A stretch of 64,000 bases of DNA from an uncultured Pelagibacteraceae bacterium (GTDB taxonomy: Bacteria > Pseudomonadota > Alphaproteobacteria > Pelagibacterales > Pelagibacteraceae). Both the position numbers and the translations under genes were made by a program. Shown piece by piece: positions 36,877 to 46,407 of this stretch. The notes under the pieces are model-generated. The model did not search any database and was not told the DNA's origin. It saw only the letters and a list, made by a program, of their open reading frames with translations. Position 1 is the stretch's first letter. The number at the start of each line of letters is the position of its first letter. Location: NCBI GenBank assembly GCA_902565935.1, contig CACFGT010000004.1, positions 1,787-65,786 of the forward strand. Direction: 5' to 3'.

Positions 36877-37432
36877 TTAAATTACTTGAGATCAAAGGTT
36901 TGTAGATGTTACATTTATAATTATCATCAAATTTATAATGACCACAATCTTTGGAAAATGAGGAGATTATAAAGTCGAATTTACCAGTTGTAGGATAAAG
37001 TTCTAGTTTTTTACTGGTGATGTCATATTTAAAATTAGCATTTAAACTCTTAACGGCACTAATCATTACTAATGTTTTGTCATCTTTTAATAAATAATAT
37101 GCAAAATCATCTGGAAATACCGGAAAATCGTATTCTTGTAAAAAGTATTTAGCTTGCGAAGGAAACCACTCATAAGAAATTAAAGGTGAAGAGGACTTTG
37201 TTAAGTGATTATAGATATAAAGATCTTTTGGATAATCATTTATGTAATTTTCATTTTCACCTTTTGCTAAAATAGATTTTTCTCTAACTTTGAAATATAG
37301 ACTAAATTCTTTGCTGTGAGAATCCATATGATCTATATGAAATAAATCATCTGGTTGAAAAAAATCATCTTGTGAATAGGCGTTGGTAACAAAAACAAAA
37401 AGTGCAATAAATAAAAAAGATAATTTTTTCAT
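36869..37432 (-). CDS. hypothetical secreted protein
   Basis: Signal peptide MKKLSFLFIALFVFVTNAYS. No recognisable motif. Its 3' end overlaps ftsY convergently by 8 nt. Confidence 0.5.
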   Translation of the reverse strand: MKKLSFLFIALFVFVTNAYSQDDFFQPDDLFHIDHMDSHSKEFSLYFKVREKSILAKGENENYINDYPKDLYIYNHLTKSSSPLISYEWFPSQAKYFLQEYDFPVFPDDFAYYLLKDDKTLVMISAVKSLNANFKYDITSKKLELYPTTGKFDFIISSFSKDCGHYKFDDNYKCNIYKPLISSNLIN

Positions 37433-37481
37433 TATCTTTTAATAAAATTAAATTCTGAAGTATATTTGTTAAGATTGTGGC

Positions 37482-38300
37482 TTAATTTAAACTTTTTAAA
37501 AAAGAATTAAGAGCTTTAACAAGATTTTCATCATACTCCATCATATGATTGTCATGTTTTGTAAAATAAGAATATTTTGGCATATTTGCTTCTTCATACA
37601 TTTTTTTGCCCATGAAAAAAGGAACTATTTGATCAGCTTCACCATGCATTATTAAAATTGGAACTTTTATATTCTTAATTTTACTTTTATTATCAAATTT
37701 ATCTTTCAACAATAAACCTACAGGGATGTATGGATAAAATTTTTTTGCTGCATCAATCATAGAAGTAAAAGGAGTTTCCAATACAACGCCAGCAAAATTT
37801 TTATTTTGCGACACATGAGTTGCTACACCAGTTCCTAATGACTCTCCATAAATGACGATATTTTTCTCTTTGACACCTTTTTTAACTAGCCAATTTATTC
37901 CACTTCTTCCATCTTTATAAAGTCCTTCTTCAGATGGTTTCCCTTTATTGCCACTGAACCCTCTCCAGGCAATTATTAAAAAGTTAACATCCATTTTATT
38001 AAAATGATTTAATTTATGAATTCTATTTTCGAGAGAACCAGCATTTCCGTGGAAAAATAAAACTGTTTTATATTTTTGTAAATCTTTTTCATGAAACCAG
38101 CCCAATAAATCAATATTGTCCTCTGTATTAATTCTTACTTTTTTAATAGGGACTGATATTTGATCACCGGAATAATTATTTTCATTAGGATGATATAATA
38201 AACTTCTCTGATAAAAATATAAAAAAACTAAAACTAAAATGTAAACAAAAATAATTATTTGAAAAAATAACAACAAAATATTCCTAAACTTTTTTAACAT
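37482..38300 (-). CDS. membrane-anchored alpha/beta hydrolase (BEM46/ABHD13-like)
   Basis: N-terminal TM helix, FHGNAGS, nucleophile elbow GESLGTG, HGEADQIVP. Confidence 0.7.
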   Translation of the reverse strand: MLKKFRNILLLFFQIIIFVYILVLVFLYFYQRSLLYHPNENNYSGDQISVPIKKVRINTEDNIDLLGWFHEKDLQKYKTVLFFHGNAGSLENRIHKLNHFNKMDVNFLIIAWRGFSGNKGKPSEEGLYKDGRSGINWLVKKGVKEKNIVIYGESLGTGVATHVSQNKNFAGVVLETPFTSMIDAAKKFYPYIPVGLLLKDKFDNKSKIKNIKVPILIMHGEADQIVPFFMGKKMYEEANMPKYSYFTKHDNHMMEYDENLVKALNSFLKSLN

Positions 38301-39189
38301 TTTTTTTCTTTGCTAAGTATATGCCAAAAAACACCAGGATTGTTCCTATGAAATGATAATTTTCAAATTTTTCATCAAATAAAAAATACCCATAAATCGC
38401 TCCATAGACTGTAAAAACATAAAGAGTGAAACCTGTCAAAGAGGCACCTAATTTTTTTTGAGTAACAGTATAAAGTGTAAAAGCAATTATTCCTGGCGAG
38501 ATAGCAGCAAAAATTACCCAGAAATAAAATTCAGGTATAAAAGCTGTTTGTTTATAAAATATTTCTTCACCAATATAGAATGGTAATAAACTTAAAGCTC
38601 CAAAAAATGATATTAAAGTAAATCTCTCAAAAATTTTTAGTTTTGAATTCCAGTAAAATAAATAAATTGAATATAATGCCCATCCAATAGCAGCAGCCAA
38701 CATCCATAAATCACCAATTGTAAATTGCAGATTAACTAATAAATTTAAATCTCCTTTTATAATGATTGTAAAGACTCCTACTAAACATACGATTAATCCA
38801 ATTATTTTTGTGAAATTTATTTTTTCACGAAAAAAAAAGTATGAAATCAAAATAATGAACACAGGCGAAGATGTATAAATAATTCCCATATTTGTTACAG
38901 TTGTAGTTTCACCTGCCAAAAATGGAAATGCTCCACATACTCCACATCCCATTGAGCCTAAAAAAAATAATTTTTTATATTCTTTTTTAATAATCTTAAA
39001 ATTTTTTTTTAATGTTATGTATGTAAAAGGTAATAATATTAAAAAAACTACTGTCCATCTCCAAAAAGCTAATGATATTGGAGGTACAAACTCAACACCC
39101 CCTCTTGCTACAACAAGATTACTAGCCATAAAAATTGGCTGAATAAATAACAATGAAAATGAAAAAAAGTTTTTCTTTGAGTTATTCAA
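38284..39189 (-). CDS. EamA/DMT-family transporter
   Basis: About 10 predicted TM helices in two similar halves. 301 aa. TTG start at 39189-39187. Confidence 0.75.
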   Translation of the reverse strand: MNNSKKNFFSFSLLFIQPIFMASNLVVARGGVEFVPPISLAFWRWTVVFLILLPFTYITLKKNFKIIKKEYKKLFFLGSMGCGVCGAFPFLAGETTTVTNMGIIYTSSPVFIILISYFFFREKINFTKIIGLIVCLVGVFTIIIKGDLNLLVNLQFTIGDLWMLAAAIGWALYSIYLFYWNSKLKIFERFTLISFFGALSLLPFYIGEEIFYKQTAFIPEFYFWVIFAAISPGIIAFTLYTVTQKKLGASLTGFTLYVFTVYGAIYGYFLFDEKFENYHFIGTILVFFGIYLAKKKNVKKV

Positions 39190-39200
39190 TTTACGATAAA

Positions 39201-39377
39201 TTAACTTTTATCAAAGAAGGCTTCGTAAATCATCATTATGATGGCAGCACCCATTAAAATATAAACCGGTATTACGTCTAAAAAACCAATCATCATTGAT
39301 CTAGTAAGAGTGGTCGCTAGACCAACTAAAAAGAAAACAGCAAATGACAAACCTATTATTGTTGTTATTTTATTCAT
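39201..39377 (-). CDS. small two-helix membrane protein (58 aa from the internal ATG)
   Basis: MNKITTIIGLSFAVFFLVGLATT...VIPVYILMGAAIIMMIYEAFF. The ATG lies just after the amidase stop. The longer 72-aa form would overlap the amidase. Confidence 0.4.
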   Translation of the reverse strand: MNKITTIIGLSFAVFFLVGLATTLTRSMMIGFLDVIPVYILMGAAIIMMIYEAFFDKS

Positions 39378-39381
39378 ACAA

Positions 39382-40710
39382 TTATTCCTGACACTCCTTT
39401 TCAAGCCAATTAGCAACACCTAAAAATCTATGATCATCATATTTGTTGCCAATTAATTGAACTCCTAATGGTAAATTATTTTCACCCTCAAGTAAAGGCA
39501 GTGATATGCAAGGGGTACCTAGATAAGACCAGACTTTATTGAATTCTGCTGTCCCAGTACTCTTTAATCCTTTAGGTGCAACACCAGGACTAGATGGGGA
39601 TAGTACTCCATGATAGTCCTCAAATACTTCCTCATAAGATTCATAACTTCTTTTCATAAAATCAATTGCCTCAGCGTATTCCTTTGCAGTGTATTTATTT
39701 CCATTTGAAATAGCATCTTGCATATACTTTGAAAGTTTATTTTTAAATTTTTTAAAATAAACAGAAAAATTATTGGCTAAGTCTGTTTCATGAATAATTT
39801 GATGATATTTGTGTATATCCTTAAAATATGAGGGAGTGTCAAATATCTCAATATTTTTTTTAAAAGATTTAATAAAATACTCAAAAGACTCTCGTGATTT
39901 TTTATCAATTATTTTCCAGTGATCAGTTTTATAAAAAATAAACTTAGGCTCAAAAATTGGACCTTTTTTCGTTTCGGCAAGAATATTTTCTGTAGAGTAA
40001 TGGATTGTAGCTGGATCGTATTTATCTTTTTTTATTAATACTTTTGCCAACATTGCTACATCTTCGACTTTACGACCAAACATACCAATCTGATCTAAGC
40101 TGTATGAGGTTCTAAGAACTCCGTTTCTTGAGATAAGCCCGTAACTTGGTTTATAACCAACTACACCACAATAAGAAGCTGGTCTTATTATAGATCCTCC
40201 TGTTTGAGAGCCAATAGAAGCTGGTGCCATAAAGGAAGCAACCGAAGCTGCTGATCCACTAGATGAACCACCTGGTGTTCTGTTTTTATCATGAGGATTA
40301 GTTGTAGCTGGAGGTCCTAAGTAAGCAAGTTCTGAGGTTGCAGTTTTGCCCATAACAATTGCTCCTGATGCGTGAAGCAAATCAATTATTTCAGCATTTT
40401 GAGAATATGATTTTCCTTTTCTAATTACTGTTCCACACTCAGTGGGCATATCAACAGTTCCTATAATATCTTTAACTGCTATCGGCACTCCATGCAGTGG
40501 TCCTACTGGTTTTCCTGATCTTCTGTGATCATCAGACTCGGTTGCTTTTTCTAATAAAACTTTTTTATCAAAATGTGCCCAAGCTTTTACATCTTTTTCA
40601 AACTTATTTATTCTTTCTATATATTTTTCACAAACTTCGACTGATGTAAGTTGAGCATCATTAATCTTTTTTGCTAGTTCCTCAAGACTTAAAGAAAATA
40701 TATCTGTCAT
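39382..40710 (-). CDS. amidase-signature family amidase (GatA-like)
   Basis: Amidase signature GGSSSGSAASVA with the upstream VKDIIGT Lys context. 442 aa. Confidence 0.85.
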   Translation of the reverse strand: MTDIFSLSLEELAKKINDAQLTSVEVCEKYIERINKFEKDVKAWAHFDKKVLLEKATESDDHRRSGKPVGPLHGVPIAVKDIIGTVDMPTECGTVIRKGKSYSQNAEIIDLLHASGAIVMGKTATSELAYLGPPATTNPHDKNRTPGGSSSGSAASVASFMAPASIGSQTGGSIIRPASYCGVVGYKPSYGLISRNGVLRTSYSLDQIGMFGRKVEDVAMLAKVLIKKDKYDPATIHYSTENILAETKKGPIFEPKFIFYKTDHWKIIDKKSRESFEYFIKSFKKNIEIFDTPSYFKDIHKYHQIIHETDLANNFSVYFKKFKNKLSKYMQDAISNGNKYTAKEYAEAIDFMKRSYESYEEVFEDYHGVLSPSSPGVAPKGLKSTGTAEFNKVWSYLGTPCISLPLLEGENNLPLGVQLIGNKYDDHRFLGVANWLEKECQE

Positions 40711-40716
40711 TCGAAA

Positions 40717-42078
40717 TTAATTTGCAAATAATGTCTCTGGTAACCAAAGTGCTATTCCTGGGAATAAATACATTAAAACCATCGCTAAAATTACAATGCC
40801 TAAAAATGGCATTATTCCTCCAAAAATTTGCATAAGTTCAACATTCTTTGATTGAACTCCTTTCAAATAATAAGCTGACATTGCCATGGGAGGTGTCAGA
40901 AATGAGGTTTGTAAGTTTAAAGCGATTAACATTGCAAAGAAATATGGATTAACTCCAAAAAATTCAACCAATGGTAAAAAAATTGGTACGAATATGATTA
41001 ATATTTCGGTCCATTCTAAAGGCCATCCCAATAAAAATATAATTAATTGGGTAATAACTAAAAACTGCCAAGGCTGTAAATTTAAAGATTTGAAAAAATG
41101 CTCAAAAACTTCATGCCCCCCCAAGTATGAAAATACTGAGGCAAATGTCCACGATCCAATAAATAACCACATAATCATGGCTGTTGTTTTAGCTGTAAGA
41201 AAAACTGACTCTTTAAAATTTTTCCATTTTAGAGTTTTATAAAAATATGAAAGTACTAATGAACCAAATGCACCAACAGCGGCTGCCTCTGCTGGGGTTG
41301 CTATACCTGCTAGTATTGTTCCTAAAACTAAGATGATCAATGAGAATAAAGGTAAGAAAGAAACTAAAACTTCTTTCATAATTACTGCAGTAGGAGGAAT
41401 CTCCTCTGCTGCAGGTTTTGGTGCTATTGAGGGATTCATCCAAGCCCTAAATATTGCATAGCCTATATAAAGTCCTGCTAGCATTAATCCTGGGAAAATT
41501 GCAGCTGCAAATAATCTTAAAGGCGATAATTGAGCAATTACAGAGTAGACGATTAACATAATACTTGGTGGAATTAAAATTCCTAAACAACCACCTGAAC
41601 AAATAATTCCAGATGCAAATTTTTTATCATAACCAGCTTTAATCATTGCTGGCCAAGCAAGAAGGCCCATTAAAGTTACTACTGCTCCTATGATACCTGT
41701 AGCAGTTGAGAATAGTGCACAAGTAATTAATGCAGCAACTGCCATTGAAGCTGGAAGCTTGTGAGATGCTAATCTTATTGCAAAAAATAATTTTGCAACA
41801 ATCCCAGCTCTTTCAACTAAATATCCCATAAACAAAAAGAGGGGAACTGCGGTCAACACATTGTTGTCCATTACAGTATAGGTATTTTGAACAAAGAGTT
41901 GAAATATCCTATTATCAAAAAGATGCTCCATCTTAGTCGGATCAAAGTAAGCATAATATCCAAAACCAAGACCCATCGCCATTAACGTGAACGCAATAGG
42001 AAAACCTAATAAGACGGCAAATAAAAATATCCCCATCATCATAATTGCTACTTCAGGATTTGTTAGACTAAATAACAT
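40717..42078 (-). CDS. dctM: TRAP transporter large permease subunit
   Basis: 453-aa polytopic protein with typical DctM sequence. Overlaps dctQ. Confidence 0.9.
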   Translation of the reverse strand: MLFSLTNPEVAIMMMGIFLFAVLLGFPIAFTLMAMGLGFGYYAYFDPTKMEHLFDNRIFQLFVQNTYTVMDNNVLTAVPLFLFMGYLVERAGIVAKLFFAIRLASHKLPASMAVAALITCALFSTATGIIGAVVTLMGLLAWPAMIKAGYDKKFASGIICSGGCLGILIPPSIMLIVYSVIAQLSPLRLFAAAIFPGLMLAGLYIGYAIFRAWMNPSIAPKPAAEEIPPTAVIMKEVLVSFLPLFSLIILVLGTILAGIATPAEAAAVGAFGSLVLSYFYKTLKWKNFKESVFLTAKTTAMIMWLFIGSWTFASVFSYLGGHEVFEHFFKSLNLQPWQFLVITQLIIFLLGWPLEWTEILIIFVPIFLPLVEFFGVNPYFFAMLIALNLQTSFLTPPMAMSAYYLKGVQSKNVELMQIFGGIMPFLGIVILAMVLMYLFPGIALWLPETLFAN

Positions 42079-42661
42079 CTTCTTTATTTCCTTCTTGTGA
42101 AGTTCTCATTAATACTTTTTCAGTTTCTTCAGCATCACGCTCAGTTCCTCTTTCTGGCCAACTTCCGGTTTTAATACAAATAATGCATCTAAAAACTTCT
42201 CCTATACCTTGGAGGGTCAAAAGACTTCCAGACAAAGGTATCAAAGATTTTGCCATATAAATTTGAATTTGTGCAGGACTATTCCAACTAGTTTCTTTTA
42301 TCTTCCATGCTAATGCTGCATATTCGTACCCATAAAAAGCTAAAGCAATAACGCCAGGAAAGAAGAAAATGAAATATAAAACAACATCTATCCAAGCCTG
42401 TGTTCGTTGTGAAAAAAGTCTATAAATTACATCTCCTCTTACATGTGCCTCTGTACATAAAGTATAGGCACCAGCCATCATAAAAATTGCTCCATACATT
42501 TGAAGACTAAAATCAAAGTTCCATAAAGTTGGTGCATTTAAAGCATATGCCATAAAAACTTCATAACACGTTCCCCCCATTAAAATTACAATACACCATG
42601 AAAATGCTTTTCCCATTGAGACACTTAAACGATCAGCAAATTTTATGTAAGATCTCATCAT
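42068..42661 (-). CDS. dctQ: TRAP transporter small permease subunit
   Basis: 197 aa with four hydrophobic helices, located between dctP and dctM. Confidence 0.8.
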   Translation of the reverse strand: MMRSYIKFADRLSVSMGKAFSWCIVILMGGTCYEVFMAYALNAPTLWNFDFSLQMYGAIFMMAGAYTLCTEAHVRGDVIYRLFSQRTQAWIDVVLYFIFFFPGVIALAFYGYEYAALAWKIKETSWNSPAQIQIYMAKSLIPLSGSLLTLQGIGEVFRCIICIKTGSWPERGTERDAEETEKVLMRTSQEGNKEDVI

Positions 42662-42700
42662 AGTTATAAACTTTTATTGAATTGTTCTAAAATAATCAAA

Positions 42701-42723
42701 TAAAAAAGGGGGCCGAGGCCCCC
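42701..42723 (-). terminator. rho-independent terminator/attenuator between dctP and dctQ
   Basis: The minus strand reads GGGGGCC-TC-GGCCCCC followed by TTTTTT. It is the strongest GC hairpin in the window and lies 24 nt after the dctP stop. Confidence 0.65.
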
Positions 42724-42746
42724 TTATTAAAATTTATAAAAGTTAA

Positions 42747-43904
42747 TTATATCTTAACTTTTGCAATTGGACCAAACTCATTTTCATACGCAAGTTTGTA
42801 ATTAGGCTGATTCATCAGCAAGTATTTCATTACTCTCTTCGCATATGCTTTCTGAGAATCTACGATTTTCTTAAAGAAAGGATCTTTCTTATTGAAATCA
42901 CCGATTACCTTGTCCCAACCTTTTAATTGTTGAGCTAAGATTTCATCAGAAGTTTGGTAAACATTTACTTTATGCTCATTCATTAACTTAGCTAAGTCAG
43001 CTGAGTATCTTACTAAAGCTTTAAAGTAGTTATCACTATTTGCAGCATAAGCAGCATTCTTTAGAATTGCTTGGTGTGCTGGTGATAAACTATTATATGT
43101 TTTTTTGTTTACTGGTATTTCAAACATCTCTTGAGATTGGTGGAAGCTTCCTAAGTGATAATGCTTAGAAACATCTTGCATACCAAATTGAGAGTCTGAA
43201 GTAGGGTTGTTAAACTCAGCAGCTTCAATCAAACCAGTTTTCATTGCTGGCTGAATTTCACCACCTGGTAATTGTCTAACTACCATTCCCATTGCAGTTA
43301 AAACGTTAGTCGCAAGACCAACTGTTCTATACTTCATACCTTTAACATCAGATACCTTAGTTACGTTCTTTTTGAACCAACCAAAAGGCTGAGCTGGCAT
43401 AGGCATATGAAAGAAACCAACATAATCAAAACCTACTTTTGCTAGAGTTTCATCATATAGTTTTCTTCCTCCACCATACTCCATCCATCCCATAACTTCT
43501 TGAGATGACATCCCGTATGAAGGACCAGTTCCAAATAAAGATGCAGCAGGGTTTTTACCATACCAATATGCAGTCACCCAGTGACCCATATCTACTACCC
43601 CGGAACTAACCGCTTGTCCGATTTCTGAAGTCTTTACGACTGCTCCAACTGGTTGAAGATCTATCTTAAGTGTTCCACCAGACATTTCATCTACCATTTT
43701 GCAGTAGTCACCGGCCATTTCAAAAAAGATGTTTGCTCCACTTGGCCATGCAGCTTGCATCTTTAAAGTTTTATGACCGCCAGCAGTTGCTATGTTTGGC
43801 ATTGCAACAGCGGCTGCAGCTACAGCACCAGCTTTAGCAGCAGTTTTAAAGAACTTACGTCTTGAAGATGTTTTCACCTTCAATGATTTATTTTCTTTTG
43901 TCAT
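42747..43904 (-). CDS. dctP: TRAP transporter substrate-binding protein with a twin-arginine signal peptide
   Basis: Tat motif SRRKFFKTAAKAGAVAAAAVA...ATA, followed by a DctP-family body. 385 aa. Confidence 0.85.
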   Translation of the reverse strand: MTKENKSLKVKTSSRRKFFKTAAKAGAVAAAAVAMPNIATAGGHKTLKMQAAWPSGANIFFEMAGDYCKMVDEMSGGTLKIDLQPVGAVVKTSEIGQAVSSGVVDMGHWVTAYWYGKNPAASLFGTGPSYGMSSQEVMGWMEYGGGRKLYDETLAKVGFDYVGFFHMPMPAQPFGWFKKNVTKVSDVKGMKYRTVGLATNVLTAMGMVVRQLPGGEIQPAMKTGLIEAAEFNNPTSDSQFGMQDVSKHYHLGSFHQSQEMFEIPVNKKTYNSLSPAHQAILKNAAYAANSDNYFKALVRYSADLAKLMNEHKVNVYQTSDEILAQQLKGWDKVIGDFNKKDPFFKKIVDSQKAYAKRVMKYLLMNQPNYKLAYENEFGPIAKVKI

Positions 43905-43968
43905 TATTTCTCCTATATCAGTTAATTAACTAATTAATTTAAGCATAGATTGACCTTAGAGTCTTTCT

Positions 43969-43989
43969 AAAAAAAAGCGGAGTTGTCGC
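43969..43989 (-). terminator. weak candidate terminator after the 2-hydroxyacid dehydrogenase gene
   Basis: The minus strand reads GCGACAACTCCGC (a short 3-4 bp stem) followed by TTTTTTTT. The stem is weak. Confidence 0.3.
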
Positions 43990-44022
43990 AGAAATTTAAA
44001 TTTTTTACAATCTGTACTAGAA

Positions 44023-44976
44023 TTAATTTACTTTATTTTTGCAATTACCAGTTTTAAAAAATTCATCAACATTATCAATTGCTAAATTAGCCATTGCAAT
44101 TCTGGTATCCTTTGTTGCACTTCCTAGGTGAGGTAAAATGAAAGCTGATTTTATTTTATGATATCCAGGATTTAAATTTGGCTCGTTTTTATAAACATCG
44201 AGTCCGACTGCGTAAATTTTTCGTCTATTTAAAGCGTCAATTAATGCATCATCATCTACAATATCGCCTCTAGCAACATTAGTTATGACTGCTCCTTTTG
44301 GAAAATATTCCACTGTTTCTTTATTAATCATATTCTCAGTTTCTTTTGTTGCAGGGCAACAGATAGACAAAACGTCTGAAACAGAAAAAAGGCTTTTAAT
44401 ATTTTCATGATAAATAGCACCTTGCTCTTTTTCCTGACTAAGTTTTGATCGATTATGATAATGAATTACCATACCAAGTGACTTAGCGATCTTTGCAATT
44501 TTTTGTCCAATTCTTCCCATGCCTAAAATACCAAGTCTTGATCCAGTTAATTGTTTGCCAATCAAATAATCTGCTGACCATTTCCATCCACCTTCTCGCG
44601 CAGACTCAATACCCTCTGAAGCTCTTCTACAAGCACCGAGAATAAGTAATATGCCTATTTCAGCAGTCGCATCAGATAAAACTTCAGGTGTGTTTGTTAC
44701 TGCTATACCTTTTTTTTTTGCAGCTTCTAAATCTATATTGCCGAATCCCACCGCAAAGTTTGAAATTATTTTAATAGTATCAGGTAATTTTTCAATTGTT
44801 TGTTTGTCCATTTTGTCAGTTAGCGAAGTCAAAATACCATCACATCCTTTACTCATTTCAATTACTTTTGTCTGAGAGTATAATTCATCATTTGAATTAA
44901 AAATTGGATCGAACGTTTTTGATGCTTTATCTTCACTTTCTTTGATTAATTTCCTAGTAATCAAAATTTTTTTCAT
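44023..44976 (-). CDS. D-isomer-specific NAD(P)-dependent 2-hydroxyacid dehydrogenase (glyoxylate/hydroxypyruvate reductase-like)
   Basis: GILGMGRIG dinucleotide fold, VARGDIVD, HLGSAT catalytic His context. 317 aa. Confidence 0.85.
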   Translation of the reverse strand: MKKILITRKLIKESEDKASKTFDPIFNSNDELYSQTKVIEMSKGCDGILTSLTDKMDKQTIEKLPDTIKIISNFAVGFGNIDLEAAKKKGIAVTNTPEVLSDATAEIGILLILGACRRASEGIESAREGGWKWSADYLIGKQLTGSRLGILGMGRIGQKIAKIAKSLGMVIHYHNRSKLSQEKEQGAIYHENIKSLFSVSDVLSICCPATKETENMINKETVEYFPKGAVITNVARGDIVDDDALIDALNRRKIYAVGLDVYKNEPNLNPGYHKIKSAFILPHLGSATKDTRIAMANLAIDNVDEFFKTGNCKNKVN

Positions 44977-44993
44977 ACCAAATTTAAATTTAA

Positions 44994-46367
44994 TTAATTA
45001 AGATCAAAAATCTTACCTGGATTCATTATATTGTTTGGATCCAAAGTTCTTTTAATTGATTTCATTACTGGAATATTATCAGGATGTTGTTCTAGCAAAT
45101 ACTCTTTTTTGTGCAGTCCTACACCGTGTTCGCCGGTAATAGTCCCATTAAGCTCTAATGCTTTTCTTATCAATGTATCATTAAAAGCTCTAATTTGTTT
45201 ATACATTTCTTTTTTCGCAGGATCATAAGGTAAAACCACATGAAAATTTCCATCGCCCATATGACCAACCATTGGAGCCCGAACTCCAAATTTTTTTGCT
45301 TGTTCTTCAGCAAATTTTACACATTCAGTTATATTTGAAATTGGAACACATACATCAGTAGAGTAAACTCTTCCATTATTATGTAAGGCTTTTACAGAGT
45401 AATAAACATCCCATCTTGCTTTCCAAATTTTATTTCTTTCCTCTAAATCTTTCGCCCATTTGAACGAACTGCCATTATTTTCTTTTGATATGTCCTCTAC
45501 AATTTTAATATTTTCATTATTTGAAATCTCTGATCCATGAAATTCGAAGAATAAAGTTGGAACTGCCTTAATATCTTTTAACTTTGAATAATTAATACTA
45601 ATACCCATTTGATCAGCGTTAAGCATTTCTATTCTGGCAATTGGAATACCATACTGAATAACCTGTTGAGCTGTCATAACTGCATCCTCTAGGGAAGGAA
45701 AATGGCAAACTGCGCTCATTATGCTTTCTGGTATAGGAGATAATCTTAAGTGAACTTCAGTAATAATTCCTAGGGTTCCTTCTGCTCCTATAAATAAATT
45801 TGTTAAATTATAACCTGCAGATGTTTTTTTGGTCCTACCACCTGTCTTAATGATATCACCATTTGGTAAAACTACCGTTAGACCTGAAATAACGGTTTTC
45901 ATTGTTCCATATTTGACTGCCATAGTTCCTGAAGCTGAGGTTGAAGCCATTCCACCTAATGCAGCATTTGCACCTGGATCAATTGGGAAAAAAACTCCAT
46001 CCTCTCTTAAATGTTCATTTAATTGTTCTCTAGTAACACAAGCTTGAACTCTGCAATCAAAATCTTCTACATTAACATCTAAAATTTTATTCATTTTCTC
46101 TAAACAAATAGTTATACCATTTTCATTACCTACAACATTTCCTTCTAAAGAGGTTCCTGTTCCAAATGGAACAACTGGTATTTTATTTTGATTACATAAT
46201 TTTAAAATTTTTGAAACTTCCTCATTAGTCTCCGGAAAAACCACAGCTTGTGATAAAATTGGATCGTAAGTATCTTCTCCCCTAGCATAGTTAGCTCTAG
46301 CTGACTCAGAAGTTGAAAATCTGCCGTTAAAAATTTTTTTTAACTCTGCTTGAACTTGCTCATTCAT
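44994..46367 (-). CDS. FAD-linked oxidase (GlcD / D-lactate / D-2-hydroxyacid dehydrogenase family)
   Basis: FAD_binding_4-type motif PFGTGTSLEG and the C-terminal GEHGVG...LDPNNIMNPGK. 457 aa. No adjacent glcE/glcF partners. Confidence 0.8.
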   Translation of the reverse strand: MNEQVQAELKKIFNGRFSTSESARANYARGEDTYDPILSQAVVFPETNEEVSKILKLCNQNKIPVVPFGTGTSLEGNVVGNENGITICLEKMNKILDVNVEDFDCRVQACVTREQLNEHLREDGVFFPIDPGANAALGGMASTSASGTMAVKYGTMKTVISGLTVVLPNGDIIKTGGRTKKTSAGYNLTNLFIGAEGTLGIITEVHLRLSPIPESIMSAVCHFPSLEDAVMTAQQVIQYGIPIARIEMLNADQMGISINYSKLKDIKAVPTLFFEFHGSEISNNENIKIVEDISKENNGSSFKWAKDLEERNKIWKARWDVYYSVKALHNNGRVYSTDVCVPISNITECVKFAEEQAKKFGVRAPMVGHMGDGNFHVVLPYDPAKKEMYKQIRAFNDTLIRKALELNGTITGEHGVGLHKKEYLLEQHPDNIPVMKSIKRTLDPNNIMNPGKIFDLN

Positions 46368-46407
46368 AACTAAAAGATATTAATAAAGATTTAGAGAAAA
46401 ATACATC

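Noticed and set aside
39378-39419. Longer 72-aa form of the small membrane protein, starting with GTG inside the amidase gene
   Set aside because: It would overlap the amidase 3' end by 38 nt. The internal ATG at 39377, just after the amidase stop, gives a clean two-helix protein.
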